Positions 34,801 through 47,800 of a stretch of 64,000 bases of DNA are shown in pieces. Position 1 is the first letter of the stretch. Each line of letters starts with the position of its first letter. This DNA is from Raillietiella orientalis. Its lineage: Eukaryota. The translations under genes and the position numbers were made by a program. Location of the stretch: NCBI GenBank assembly GCA_036172245.1, contig JAYWIR010000001.1, forward strand, positions 372,001 through 436,000, written 5' to 3'. The notes below the pieces were generated by a model. The model did no database searches. It worked only from the letters and a program-made list of their open reading frames with translations, and was not told the DNA's origin.

Positions 34801-37800
34801 TTAGTGCCGCACTCTCGAAGAGTTGTTCTAGTGAACCATAACGGGAACCATAACCAGTGTCTTCCAGGACCCCATCCTATCAGGAGTAACCAGGCACTCG
34901 ACTACCTGTTAGCACGCAACGTTTTCCAACTTGTTAAAAAGATGGTCAGCTGGCTGCAGCAGAACCAGTGATGCCTTGGAGACTTTGTTTTAGCATCCCA
35001 GAAAGCATGCTGAAGACACGGGAATGTTCGGAGACAGGAAAAAGTAGCTGTTCGCTCCCACCATACCCTTAGCCATAGTGCTGTCCTTTAGCGGAAGCAG
35101 CGAGCTACGGACCTCGTGGGAGTTCACCTGAGCCATAGCAGATTCATTCAAATTCTTCGGCGGATGGACAGCCCCTCTGTTAGCCGACACAGTCACACCT
35201 ACGACACACTCTCGAGACACTTTCCAACTTGATGAATTGTTGGACCTTTCCCGTGGACCTAGCGGTCCCTTCTTTTTTTTCTGGACACTTTGTCCTTCCC
35301 CTTCGTATTTCACGGACGACAGCCATGTTCCTTTATTTTGGATTATTGCGCAACAGGTGCTGTCACTACCCGACATCATGGAGATGAGTTTTCTACAGCT
35401 GTGCGAGGGAGTCTTTGAGGAATGCTTTCTCCTCCTCCGTCTAGACTAGGATGCCGATCTGGGAGTCTGCTGTAAGCTTCCTCTCTCACCCACTTTTGAG
35501 CTCACTGAGCGATTCTTCGTTCGAGATGCACTTTCACAAACCTCTGCGGACGCCATCTTGTGCCGCATCTGCCACACCGAAGCTGTTCGTCTCGCGACGG
35601 AGCTCTTTGGTTACATGTAATCCGAAGGAAAATCACTCCATGTATGAACCTTTAGATATCATTTGGATAGTAAACGATTATTTTCTACAGTGTTCTCAGA
35701 GTGGAAAATTACTTGGAAATTTTATAGAACTTACTTGAAAATTACACACACGCCTTCAAATGTCAACATCTCGGAATCAGTTAGCTTATTAATACTCACA
35801 CTTTTAGGTCCGTGTAAATGATCTAATTGATTTCTTTTTGTTCCAATGTTATACGAAAACACTCTCTAGATTTCCTTATGATCTGCTGCACGTGATTTTT
35901 GCTGCATACTCAATCCTTTTTCAACAGAATGAACCGACCATTTTTAATGAAAACTATATAAACCAAGTATGCATGATGAGGAATGAAAAGCTGCTGACAC
36001 CTGGAAACTCAGCCTCCTTTTAAAAATCTTAATCCAAATCTAAGTAATTATTTGTTCTATTCATGCAAATCTATTAAAATTTGAGCGAGAGGAGGTTCTT
36101 GAAACATTAAGCAAACAGTTCTAATTTCAGAATACGAAAGCAATGGAATCGCCAAATTGAATTTAAATGAACCCAGGAAAAAAACTCGCTAAATTCTTCA
36201 TAATATTGATTGAAAATAATATTGATTTCTAATAATGTCTATCAACATAATGTATCGCATCAAAAGGATTTTATTCATTTCTGTGAAGGTTTGAGTGCAA
36301 AGATTACATTACACACTCTCAAAACAAACTGCTCTAAAACTGAATTATGCATGCAATTAGATCACATGCTTCATTGATTTGTATTATAAATAAACAATCA
36401 TTTTAATTTATAAGGATATTCTCTTACTAAATATTTGTTTTAGAAAATTTCATAAAGTTGACGTTGAAAATGTAATTGCACATTTCGAATTGCTCAAAAT
36501 ATGATGGAAGAAACTTTAGAATGCGTCTTTAGTGTACCAATGTATTTTCTGGTTTTTATCTTGGAATACCTTTCTCTCAAATGACCTACTATTTAAGAAG
36601 AAGAATAGCAACTTCCATTATAAGAAATTATGGTTTCTGCGATTTCAGTAAGGGCTTTACATTTTGCCACAGTTGATCCAATGAAAATTTTGAAATCTGT
36701 GAACTTGAAGTTAAGTACTCTGCTATATTATGATCTCTTTCCCAACCTTAAATTAAGACAATTTCTAGAGTGAGAAAAATTTCCAGGGTATTTTGTGGTT
36801 GAATGTTTTTTCAGAAAGAAATAGCATATTGACAACATTATGGGTAGTTGGTAACATGTAGTCATGTTAAAGCCATGGCGCTCGTTTAGAATATTGAGGT
36901 TTTTAATGTATTTGTTGAAAAACATAAAAAAACTGGAAAGTTGTATATTAAGTTCATTAATGAAAACATGAATGCAGGTAAACGAGGTTTTGTTTAGAGG
37001 ATGATCGTGGAGCTCAGTTTTTTGTTAATGGTTGCATTACTTTTGTATGGCCACTGATTAGTTCCTCAGTAATTTCATTTTAAAAACGAATATTGGCGTT
37101 AACTTTTTTTTTTAAACGATAACTCTATTTGGTTTATTCTCCACCGAGCTCTGTGTTCTTTTTAGATCTGATTTCCCAAGTTTCGAACGAAAGTGAAAAT
37201 GAAGTTGTTCCTGGATCGCCAGAAGCGATTGACAGGTAATAGTCCCGCGATTTGTAAATGTCAACATTGGTTGCAGACAAATTTGGACAAAGCAAGGGAA
37301 AACTTGAAAGTTACGAATTAAATATTTGTAGTTGTTCTCCAACAATGAATTGAGCTTGAAGCTATCAAGAAAAACTGCTATCATGGCTATATTTGTGATA
37401 ATATAAATTATTTTTGCTCATGTTTTTAGCATGTAGTCTTTGTACATGAAAAGTATAAGTATCTGCGTAGAATGAAAATCTTTTGTAATTGATCGGGCTT
37501 TGTGGATTACTGATACATACTCATAACTATGGCTAATGTATTTTTTACTGAAAAATACTGTTCATCCAATGACTGTCTGAGTATAACTGTACAGTAAAAC
37601 AAGAAAAGAAGTATGTAATTCCAAAAAATTTATTTCGTAGAATGGCAAATCTTTGAATCAATGGGCAACACAGTCTTTCAAGTTTTTACAACTGTTCTAT
37701 TCACATAAATGCTATGCCTTCTTAGGGTGACAGTGATGAAACAAAACTTGTTGAAAGTTATTTTGATTACTCAGTAAGTTAGTTTAGCTTCTCCAATGAA

Positions 37801-38408
37801 ATCAAAAAGGTTTCCATTCATGGATATTATTTAATGATTTAATTCATTGTGCTGGCATTGGTGATTTTGATGATGTTTGAAGTGATGATAAAATAAAATT
37901 CATAAATTTAACATGATTGAAAATATTATTACTGAATGCTTTGCTGTTACAAGAAAGTTGGTCTGGATGTAAAACTTAATTGGAATTACCATTGTAACTC
38001 ATCAGACCCTATTCTCAAGGCCACTGATTCCACTGATGCCCTTGAAGCATGAAGGATAAGCTTTAAAATTATTCAGTGTCCACTGATATCATTGTCCATA
38101 TCAGGCCAGCTTCAGCCATGTTAGTTGCAAAGTAATCTCATAGCAGTGACATTACCTTCAAACAACAGTACTGAAACATCCCATACATATTTTAAAATGG
38201 TCAGAGAATGCAAGTTCTGTATTTATAAGACTTGTGATTTCTTTGACCACATACAGTTACACTGCTGCTTTGCCAGTTTCGCTAGGCAGCATTTCCTTTT
38301 CAACTTTCACATTACATGTGATTTTTGGATGCTCTACAGATACATGTTCATCAATATCAACTATAGAAGTCTTTACAAATGATAATTCAGATACTAATAA
38401 CTTTCCAG

Positions 38409-41400
38409 AAAACTCTTGGAGCAATTGGATGTCAGATCACCTGTGCCCATCTCAAAAGACAAAGTTGCACCCAAAGTCTCCTCAGATTGTATATCTGAGC
38501 CATCATTAGCAAATAAAGCATTCACAGGAGATTCCACAGTCTCCCCAAATTTGGACAAAGAGACTTCTCAAGTAAAACTTTAATCTCTATTGGAATTCTA
38601 AAATTTATAATCGCATTTCTGCTTTTTGCATGCATCAATATCATCAGAAATGTGAAATTACCTGAAGTTAAATTAGTAAGAAGATGTATTTTTTTTTCCT
38701 TTTTCTAGCAAGTAATATACCTTGGCCCTGTGAAAGATTTAGATAGCTGGATGTTGGTTAGTAGAAAGGAATACATTAGCTGCATAAGATGTCGGATTGC
38801 ACGTTCAGTGTATACAAGTTTTAATAAACAACTGGGTAGATATATTGAAAAAGAGGTCAGTGCACTTTTGTGATGGCAAATTTATTTGTATAGGTGTATA
38901 ATATTGTGGAAGCTCTTGAGACAGGACTTGGAACTCCAGTTGCTGCTAGTTCAGTCGAAACATCCTCAGATGCTTCAAAAAGTTCTCTCACTTCTTCTGG
39001 AAGTTTGGCTGATATTTCATCTTTCACCTCCAAAAGCAGTGGATCAGGGGGATGCATTTCTCAGACAATATCAACAATTAGCTCGTAAAATTTGCATAAA
39101 CACATGTAGAGTCATATTTACAAAAAAAATTTATTATCTCAGGAGCTATGCAGTTATTGCAGAAAGTCCAGATGAAATATCTCCTCTTGTTGACTGGGGT
39201 ATGTGTTCATGTGGTTGTAAATCAAAAACTTCTAGTGGAATTAAACAGAGGATCGCCTACACTCTGGAGAAACACAGTTTATACCTCCTCATTTACCTAT
39301 TAAGAATGTTCGAGCCAGTTCGAATACGGAAGCTACTTCCAAACAGATTCAGCCAAACGACACTCCCAAATCCACAAAAAAAAACAGGAATCAATCTGGA
39401 AAAGCAACCGGGAAAAAAAAAATCACAAGAAAACGGCACACAAAACTTCGCTTTGAAACTTCAGAAGTGGCTGTTCAGACAGATAATGTACTTATTAGAA
39501 ACAGTGATTCGGGAAGTTCTGAAGTTCCGATGCTTGCTTTTTCTAAATTTAAAAAAGAGCCTTATGAAAGTTCTTCCCAAGATTCTTCAAATTCTGAAAG
39601 CCTTTCATCAATTCACAGGAAACATCCAGGTGGAGCTCTACACCTAGAACCAGGTTACTTGTGAATATTCTATCAGCACTCCGTATGTGTGCATACAGGG
39701 GTCTCTGTCTTTGCCAGATGGACAGATAAAAGATTTTATCCAGGTCACATTGTCAGAAAAGCAGATAAAGACTGGGAAGTGAAATTTGATGATGGGCATT
39801 CAAGAATAATGACTTCTAAAGACGTAGTGATGTTTGATGTAATACCAGTTGGAACTTCAGTTTTTGCATCTGTTTCAGAAGAGGTTTATCATCCTGGAAT
39901 TGTTCATAAGGTGAACAGGTAAAAATGCTTATATATTGAGGATCTGGATTGCAGAAAATTGAAGGAAACAAGGAGTTATGAAATATGAAGTGGATTTAGA
40001 CAATTTGCAAGAATGCAGGGCATTTTCTGTTTCACAATTGATGTTAAGCAATGATCAAGCGCAGTCCTTGCAAGAACAACTTTGTTTACCTTCCGGTCCT
40101 GCTTCCTTTTCATCTCCAGCCCGTTTAAGACTAGGTAAGAAGGATTTTCAGTGTGTGATATAACCTATTGCAGGTGGTCTTCCAGAAAGTAGATGCCGGC
40201 AGAAACACCTTTCAGAACAAACTAAAAGTAGCCTTCAGAATACATCATCTGGATCACTTCATGTTGCTTCTCCACTAAATGATCAGTCCCCTTCCACATC
40301 AGGTATAAGCATAGTACAATTTCCTTAACTGTAAAATAAAACCAGGTAACAAAAAAACCCCTTCTCAGAGTGGCAAAAGTACACCAAGGAAAAGGGGACG
40401 GCCTCGAAAGCATCCTCTCCCTGCATATGTAGAATCTACTTCTGATGATGGTGAGTCACATTTCTCATTCTTAACTTACCTGTCATAGGCTCAGAATGTC
40501 TGCGCAAAAAACCTTTTGCACATCAGAAAACCAGTGCACAAAAAGAAACTGCTGGGAGTGGAAACAACCTTTTCAAGTGGGTGGCGATTTTGCATTTTGT
40601 GTTTCAGTTTTTTTTTTTCTAGAGGAATCAGTTTTGTTTTAACGTGTGTTAAAGACCCTGTCTGGAGTTTGGCCAAAGAACAAACTGATTCTAAAAATGC
40701 TATCGTGAAATTGAAAACTTTTGTTGAAGATAGTGATGAGCCACAGGCAGTTTTGTGGAAAAATTGTTTACAAGAAGTTTGTGAATCTGAGAGTGAAGAT
40801 TGCATGGATTTCCAAAGTAGGGGCAGTTTACCTTCTTGAGTGTGTGTTTTGTATGCTCAGTGCTATAGGTTGCTTTGGAGGAGAGCTGAAAGAACTTGAT
40901 AAAGAGGTAGTGACAGCAAAAATTATTGCAGAAGGTGGTGCTGTGTATGATACCATAGAGGACTTATTGGCAGCACCTTCAAAAAAGCGTTATTTGCTAT
41001 CTAATACATGCTCCCGATCACATAAGTATCTACGTGCAGTTGCTCTGAGCATACCTTTACTGCATTTTAGTTGGGTATTACAGAGCATTGAGGAAGTAAG
41101 ATTGCAACAACGAAAAAAAAAAAAAACACATTTCATTACTTGTGCATTACAGAACAAGCTTGTCAATGAAATTCTTTTTCAATTGCCTTATGGATATAGC
41201 ATTTTGCACAAACAAGAAATCAACAAGAGAATTACTGCATTACCATTTGCAAAATGTTCTATCTTACTGATGTTCCAAGATGATCCTGATATGTTGCATC
41301 GCTGCTCTTCCATTCTGAAGGATGCTGGAGCAGAGGTTTATCTTCTTCAAGGTAAATGTTGTTTTAAAAGCAAGTACACCTTGGTGCAGATGATTTACCG

Positions 41401-41574
41401 AAGGTGAAATTCATAGTCACCAATAAGAATTGCCCACCCAGCATAGTAAAATTAGCTGTGATACAAGAAATTCCCGTTTTATCTATTGCCTGGGCAATAC
41501 AGTGCATTCAGCATGGAGACATCCTAGATCCTTTTTCCCACCCCATGTTTCATTGGAAAAGCCTTGACGATTAA
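38409..41574 (+). CDS. TP53BP1: TP53-binding protein 1 (53BP1) ortholog, multi-exon; further 5' exons probably lie upstream (~36-38.4 kb)
   Basis: SSGSLADISSFTSKSS (cf. vertebrate GDLGDISSFSSKAS). Tandem Tudor GVSVFARWTDKRFYPGHI...EVKFDDG...IPVGTSVFA...SQLMLSNDQAQSLQEQ (~39700-40080). Tandem BRCT GISFVLT...GGAVYD...SNTCSRSHKYLRAVALSIPLLHFSWV...LPYGYS...IPVLSIAWAIQCI...PFSHPMFHW; stop TAA at 41572-41574; short GT-AG introns. Exact exon borders only partly resolved. Confidence 0.9.
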
Positions 41575-43842
41575 TCCGAAAATTTGTGAATGCCTTGTGT
41601 TCCATATAAATGCATTCATAGGTCTCTGTTCACCACAAACTGACCAAGTTTTTTTCTCTCTCTCTCTTTGAGAATATATAACACAGTTGTACGTGTCTTT
41701 CAAGAAATGACTTTGCTTAATAAAACTATCCTCAAGTTTCATTAACTGTTCAATCCCAAGTTCATGATAAGGAACAGAAACTTGTGAATGAAAGCTAGAT
41801 TGCATCTTTAGCAAGCAGAATGCATAAAGAAGCCCCACTTTCATTTCTACTCAGTGGGAATTCTAAAGGGTGCCTCTGGATGAATACCATAAGGCTTACC
41901 ATAAAGCCCAAAACATCATCACGAAATGTGATTTTCTAACAAATTCATATAATACCAGGTACACCAACAGTAAGTAAATGCTCGATTAAACAAAATATGT
42001 AGGAAAGACAGTAGACTCATTACTTGAAGCTTGTCTAAACACCTCTCTGGAATACCAAATCAATCAGGTTAAATTGCTAACTTGCATCAGTTTTTGGAAA
42101 TTTGTTTTCGCTTGCAAATTTCCTTATCATGTTAGCCAGTGCTAAAAAATGCAGCAATAGAAAAAATTAAGCACCTGCTGCATTCCCCAGAAAAATGGAT
42201 GATGCTGCCAGGGACCAAACAGGAACCAGTAAAACCAATGTTACTGACAGCAACAGATACAAAACACCAACGTAGAAATCATTTTCTCATTGACCCTCGA
42301 AATAGCATGTATTTTCTTTCTGACTGACCTTAAACGTACGGGAGCAAAGTATAACTAACGATTAGGGCATCCGGGGCCAAGTGATACGTTTCGAGCAGAT
42401 AAAATGATCGGAATGTTGGGAGAGAAATTCTGAAATTTTCTTGTATTGCCGTACGCTCCGTCCAACGCTCCAAGCAAACACCGGCTGCACCCAAAAAGCA
42501 ATCAAATGGGTGTTCGATAAACCATTTGCCACTGATACATCAAAACCTGTTACTCTACTCGCGCAAGACTCTCAAGCAACAGCCAACCTTCTTTCTAATC
42601 ACCGTTATAAACACGATTCATGGAAATACGAGAAGCGGAAACTGCTCAAGTTGATCTCAGCCTAGACGGAAAAAGTGTTCGAATTCTCTGGAGCGGGGAT
42701 TCCCTTGCACACCTGCACACATGAAGTAGGGACGATCGTACAACGTACTCGAATTTCTTCGGCGCAGTAGGCAATTCTGCAATTGACCCTTAAGGAAAGT
42801 CATCTGGGACTTACCGTGGTTACTATTTCCTCACTTTCGGAGGCAAAGTACCTCAAGCGGGACACGGGTGATACGTTTTGCGAAGACTGGGGAGTTCAAG
42901 GGAACCCATCACGGTCGGTAAGCAGTTGGAGGTCCAAAAGTTCCTGTCGCCAGCCCCAACAGACTGGCATGTCGGCAAGCAGCGCAATTGGACAACCCCC
43001 CGGGGCAACCTCTACGGGAGGACGGGGCACCCTCAAAGCAAACCTGCGCGTGGCAGCAAATTGGACTTGCTGGATTACCAGGTTGTTCGTAAATCTTTCT
43101 TACACACACGGGGTGTTCACATCTTTGCAATTCCTTGTTTTTCAAACTCCTTAGTTGATCACAAACAAACTCTAACGTGATCTTGCACCCCAGTATGCAA
43201 ACCACTATTTACCTACAAGGGATCGTACTGTATTAGTTTGGACTTGATTTTGCCAAAGAGTGTGATGCCCAAGACGCGTTTCCAAAACACATGGTTCCAT
43301 CCTTGCATCAGCCGTTCTTTCGCTCTGGGAAGGTTGGTCACTTTCACGACCCAAACAGATCGTAGGGACACGCGAAGCAAGGCAAACCCCCCAACCACGA
43401 ACCCATCACTGCAAGGAGGCTGCAGCATTAAAGTGCTACTCGGTTCTCATTTTTCCGGTTTTTGCCTTGTTAAAATTTGTGGAGTGTTCGAAACTCCGCC
43501 TAAAGGCATCGCGAAGAATCGAAAGTGGGGAGGAGGAAATGAATGCCTGAATGTCCGTTGCGAATGTTGATGGTACCCTATCGAATGGATGCGATTTCAA
43601 GCTGTCGAGTCTCGAGGGTGTTCACTGTGGATTCAGTTTCTCGAAAACGTCCAATCTTTGCTTTGAAGTTCATTAAATGTTGCGACGGTTCAGTCTGACG
43701 ATTGTCCTGATGCACGTGTTTGAAATTTGTTTAAAATTTCGCATTTTGCAAGCTAAGAAAAACAAAAAGAAAAGACAAAAATTGGACATCACCTCATGTT
43801 TCGTCCTACACCGCTGCCGCCTGTGTGCGACACCTCCGTGCT

Positions 43843-44381
43843 GGAATACCCACTGCCTACTACACATTGGAGGTGCTTCCTACTGCACAGGTTCTCTTCG
43901 GAGAAGATGAAATGAAGACCCCCCAATCCCGGGGGTGTCCCTCCGGAGAGAATGAGGAAGGAGATTCCCTTCGGAGACAACCAGGGTGGGAGGTGCGATC
44001 CCCCTCCCCCCCTGCGGGGGGATCCCTCCCCAAGCGTGAGAGGAACGGACTCTGAGCCCTTCCTGGATTCATAGGGCGGAGCCCATCCCAGGGTGCCCCC
44101 TATCCTGAAGAATTACACGTCCCCCCTGCGGGCTGCCGTAGGTGGTGGAGTGGCGTTGAAACAAAACGGTGTGTTAAAAAGAGCCACGTGCGCGCCGCGA
44201 GGCATGCGACAGGCTCTTGAGGTACTTAGCAAACCCAAAAAAAGAAAGCCCGAAAAAAAAAAAAAAAAAAAAAGGCTGGAAGGAAAAACTGCGACGACAG
44301 AAGGAAAAGAAGAACCCAAGGATTTCCAACATCCTACTGCATAGGAAGCACCTCCAATGTGTAGTAGGCAGTGGGTATTCC
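43843..44381. mobile_element. MITE-like element with perfect 40-bp terminal inverted repeats enclosing a SINE fragment
   Basis: GGAATACCCACTGCCTACTACACATTGGAGGTGCTTCCTA (43843-43882) and its exact reverse complement at 44342-44381. Interior 43925-44160 is homologous to the reverse complement of 53990-54200, followed by an A-rich run. Confidence 0.8.
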
Positions 44382-44878
44382 GCCATTTTTGGGTGAATGC
44401 AATTGGGGCTGCCATCATCCACAGTCGTTCATGAAAACCAAGGATATTACTCGCAATTTTCAAATCACCAAATTTGATTTAAGGAGAATCTGTAAAGGAG
44501 AATTTGACTTAAAGGAGCATCAACGCTCCCGAACTCTTGAATACGTATTACATGAATTACATTCATCCTTCACATAACATTTGCTTTCCTATGCATCTGA
44601 AATTCAAACAAGGTAGGAAAATTCGAAATATATATTTTAGCCGTTTAGAATTCGTAACTTTTTTTTCTTGTTGAAACATTTTTCCCAGAGGGGATGGAGG
44701 ACATGTCTGGAAATTGATTTTCTGAAACGGGAATTTCGCGTCAAGGAAGAGACCGAGAAAAAGGGTGGATATCTCCAGGAAACGCAGGTCCGAAAGCAAA
44801 TTGAAATCCTCAGAACACGAGGAGAAGATTCAAACTCGAGACATCTTGAATTTGAACGGTCGAATGAAGGCATCTCCT

Positions 44879-47800
44879 TCAGAGTTCCGCTTTCATTTCA
44901 GTGGGGTCTCGAACGAGGTGAAGTATTTTTTCCAGTCTTGAATTCTCAATGTCGTACAGTTTGCTCTTGTCCGGGGCTTTGACCGCATCCTTGGCGACCT
45001 TCCTCAAGTTCGGGGATAGCTTGTAGCTGACGATGTGTCCCCTGCAAAGACATGCCAGTTCATCCTCAGCTAAACCCGTGTGCCTTAACAAAGTACAAAG
45101 CTGACACATGCAAAGCATGCAACGAAGGCTGCCATGCAAAGCAGCGCTTTGGAAGCGAAGCCTCTTTGGAAGGAAGAGCCCAGGAATGCTCTGGAGTTGA
45201 GTTCGAGAACCTTCACTCGCCACTTGTGAGGGACGCATTTTACTCGCTTAAAGGATAAACGAATTCGAAACCGCGAGGACGAAAATCTCAGCTTCCAAAG
45301 ACATTGATGAACGCTCGCAATTTTCGTATTCGATACGAATGGATGCGTGAGAGAGTTTTGTATTCTCAGCTCCACGAATCCAATCTTCCTATTCTATGAA
45401 TGTTAGGCTCTTCGATTGACGTTTGACACCAGAATATCAGCAGGTAGCCCAGTCTCTCCCAGGGAAACACTTGTCAACGGAAGGCAAAGGATCAATCGTA
45501 GCCACGAACAGCTCAGCGCGCATCACTCATCTTTCACACGTTGTCATGGGAACACGGATTCGTATCAACCGGATGGGCAAGGTAACGTACCTGTCGTCAC
45601 CCACAATGATGATGGGATACTTTTTGTTGAAGGCAAGGTGGTACAGTTTCATGTTTTTCTTTTGAGCCACAGTCTGTGTACACATGGGCTGGTATTTTTT
45701 CTGTGACAGGTCGTAGACATGAACTTTTCCTTCAGATGTACAAGCTGCGAAGACTGTACTTGAGTAGGGAGCCCACTCGACACAACCCACTGCCGAGAAC
45801 AAGTCATACACAAACAGGGGTTCCCTAAGAACATAATATACCTCTGATTAGAAATAAATGATACCTTACGGGAAAGTCTAGCTTATTGTCATGTATAAGT
45901 ACATAATTAGCTAGAATTTTATCGCAAGCAGCTTTGAGAGATTATCAGGTTTAAGATTCAGTGAGGAAAAAAAAGATGGAAAGTATCTGTTTGATCTTAC
46001 GGCTAATCTAAAAAAAAAAAAAAACCCTCCAAAAGAGCCAGCAATTCCTTTGATAGTCGGGAAATGTATTATGGAGTAAATTATGAAAGATCTTTTTGGC
46101 TTCTCTCGAATCATCTTGGATCCCTTCCAATAACCACACTTACTTATAATTGTCATCCCATATCTTCACTGTCCAATCTTCTGAACAACTGATGAAGACA
46201 TGTTGATGGAAAGGGTTCCAGCCGAGCCCATAGATTGGCGCATAATGGCCACGGAAGGTCTGAAGAGTTTGGAAATTGTACAGGGTACTGCACTTGTAGA
46301 TGATTCCCTCTTCCGTTCCGATGAGATATACGTTGCTGTGGTGAGGATGGAAAGCCATGCAGGTCCCACAGGCTGAAGAGGCTCCGTTCGTGTCGCGACA
46401 GCATTTGACGTGTTTTACCGACAACCGTTTCAGGAAATTCTACATCCTCGCTGTATATCGGCGCGTTTACAGTTAGCAGCATGATATTGACACGCCGGAG
46501 TTGATCCTTGGCCAACGTCCAGTGGCAAACGTACCCGTCAGCTGACACCGAATACAGGGTTTTGCGGTTGTCGAGATCTTCGTTTCCCCATAACACCTAA
46601 ACGAAAACGCATTAGGACAGGCATGAGAGGCAAATCCTTTCGCGGAACCTTCCAGACAACGTCCATGTGTCGATTAGAGAGAGTGTCCGTCTCCCAGGCA
46701 GGCTTGTCTTTACCGCTATACAAGTCATACACCAAAATGTTTCCGTTGTATAGACCCACTGCAAGAAAGTTCGCATTTCTCGGATGGAAATCCACACAGT
46801 TGACTGCTGACGAACTAAAAAAGGTGCGTTCGGCATAGGAAGGGTTCTTGAGACTGTGCAGCATCAACACCCCAGGGGTTGGATTCAAGAAGTTATCTGG
46901 AATAAGTTCTTGATTAAGATATTGACTTTCAATTTTCCAGTCTAGGGATGAGCTGGAGGGACGTGTTAGCTAATCACATTGCCATGGAACCGCAGCCCCC
47001 GAATGGCTGTTTTTCTCGAATGCTGGGAATGGGAGTGCGCGTTCCCTTGTGTTTTCCAGAGGCTTGGATTATGATTACAATGTGATATTTGACGGCATTT
47101 TTCAGTTCCCCTCGATGGTAAGCACCAAATGTTCACACATTCACGAGCTTGGGCGTGTCGAGACGCCGACACACAACGGTGGGATGCGTCGCAAACGAAA
47201 GCATCGAAGAAAGCAAGCACTCGTGCCCAAGTAATGGACCTTGCAGCAGAAACACTTGCCACGAGTTGCTTCCCATGTGACCGGGATGACCTGAAAGGCG
47301 GTCGCGGATGCCAACTCTTGAGCGGACACTGCAGGAACCCCGTTCGTTTCCCAGTATTTTCCTCACGTCGCCCTTCCATCTGTCCATCCCGTCCAGTTGG
47401 GGACGAGTTCGAAATCGGTTCAAATACCGCAGGAATCTCTCTCTCTCCGTGGCATGTCAGCCACCCTGCATCTTTCGAACACCTCTGTCGTGATCGCCAA
47501 CCCACTGGCGATTGATGGGAATGACGCTCAGAAGAGAAGCGAGTCATCACCACATGCTTTTCCAGAAAGAATATCCAACAAATCAAAGCCGTTATTACTT
47601 ACTCCTATATATATATGCAGTTCTTATATGTATTTAAATATATGTATACATTCAAAAGTATGTATATATGTACATAAGAAGAAAGTTCCAGAATAAATTT
47701 AGTTCTTAAGTAGCCTTGAATAAATAAATATAAAAACGATCCTTGAATATATATACATATATTTAAGAATATGCGTATATATATATTTACAAACGAAGAA

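Noticed and set aside
42330-43570. CpG-richer segment with short ORFs downstream of TP53BP1
   Set aside because: Probably a decayed repeat, but no recognisable motif supports a call.
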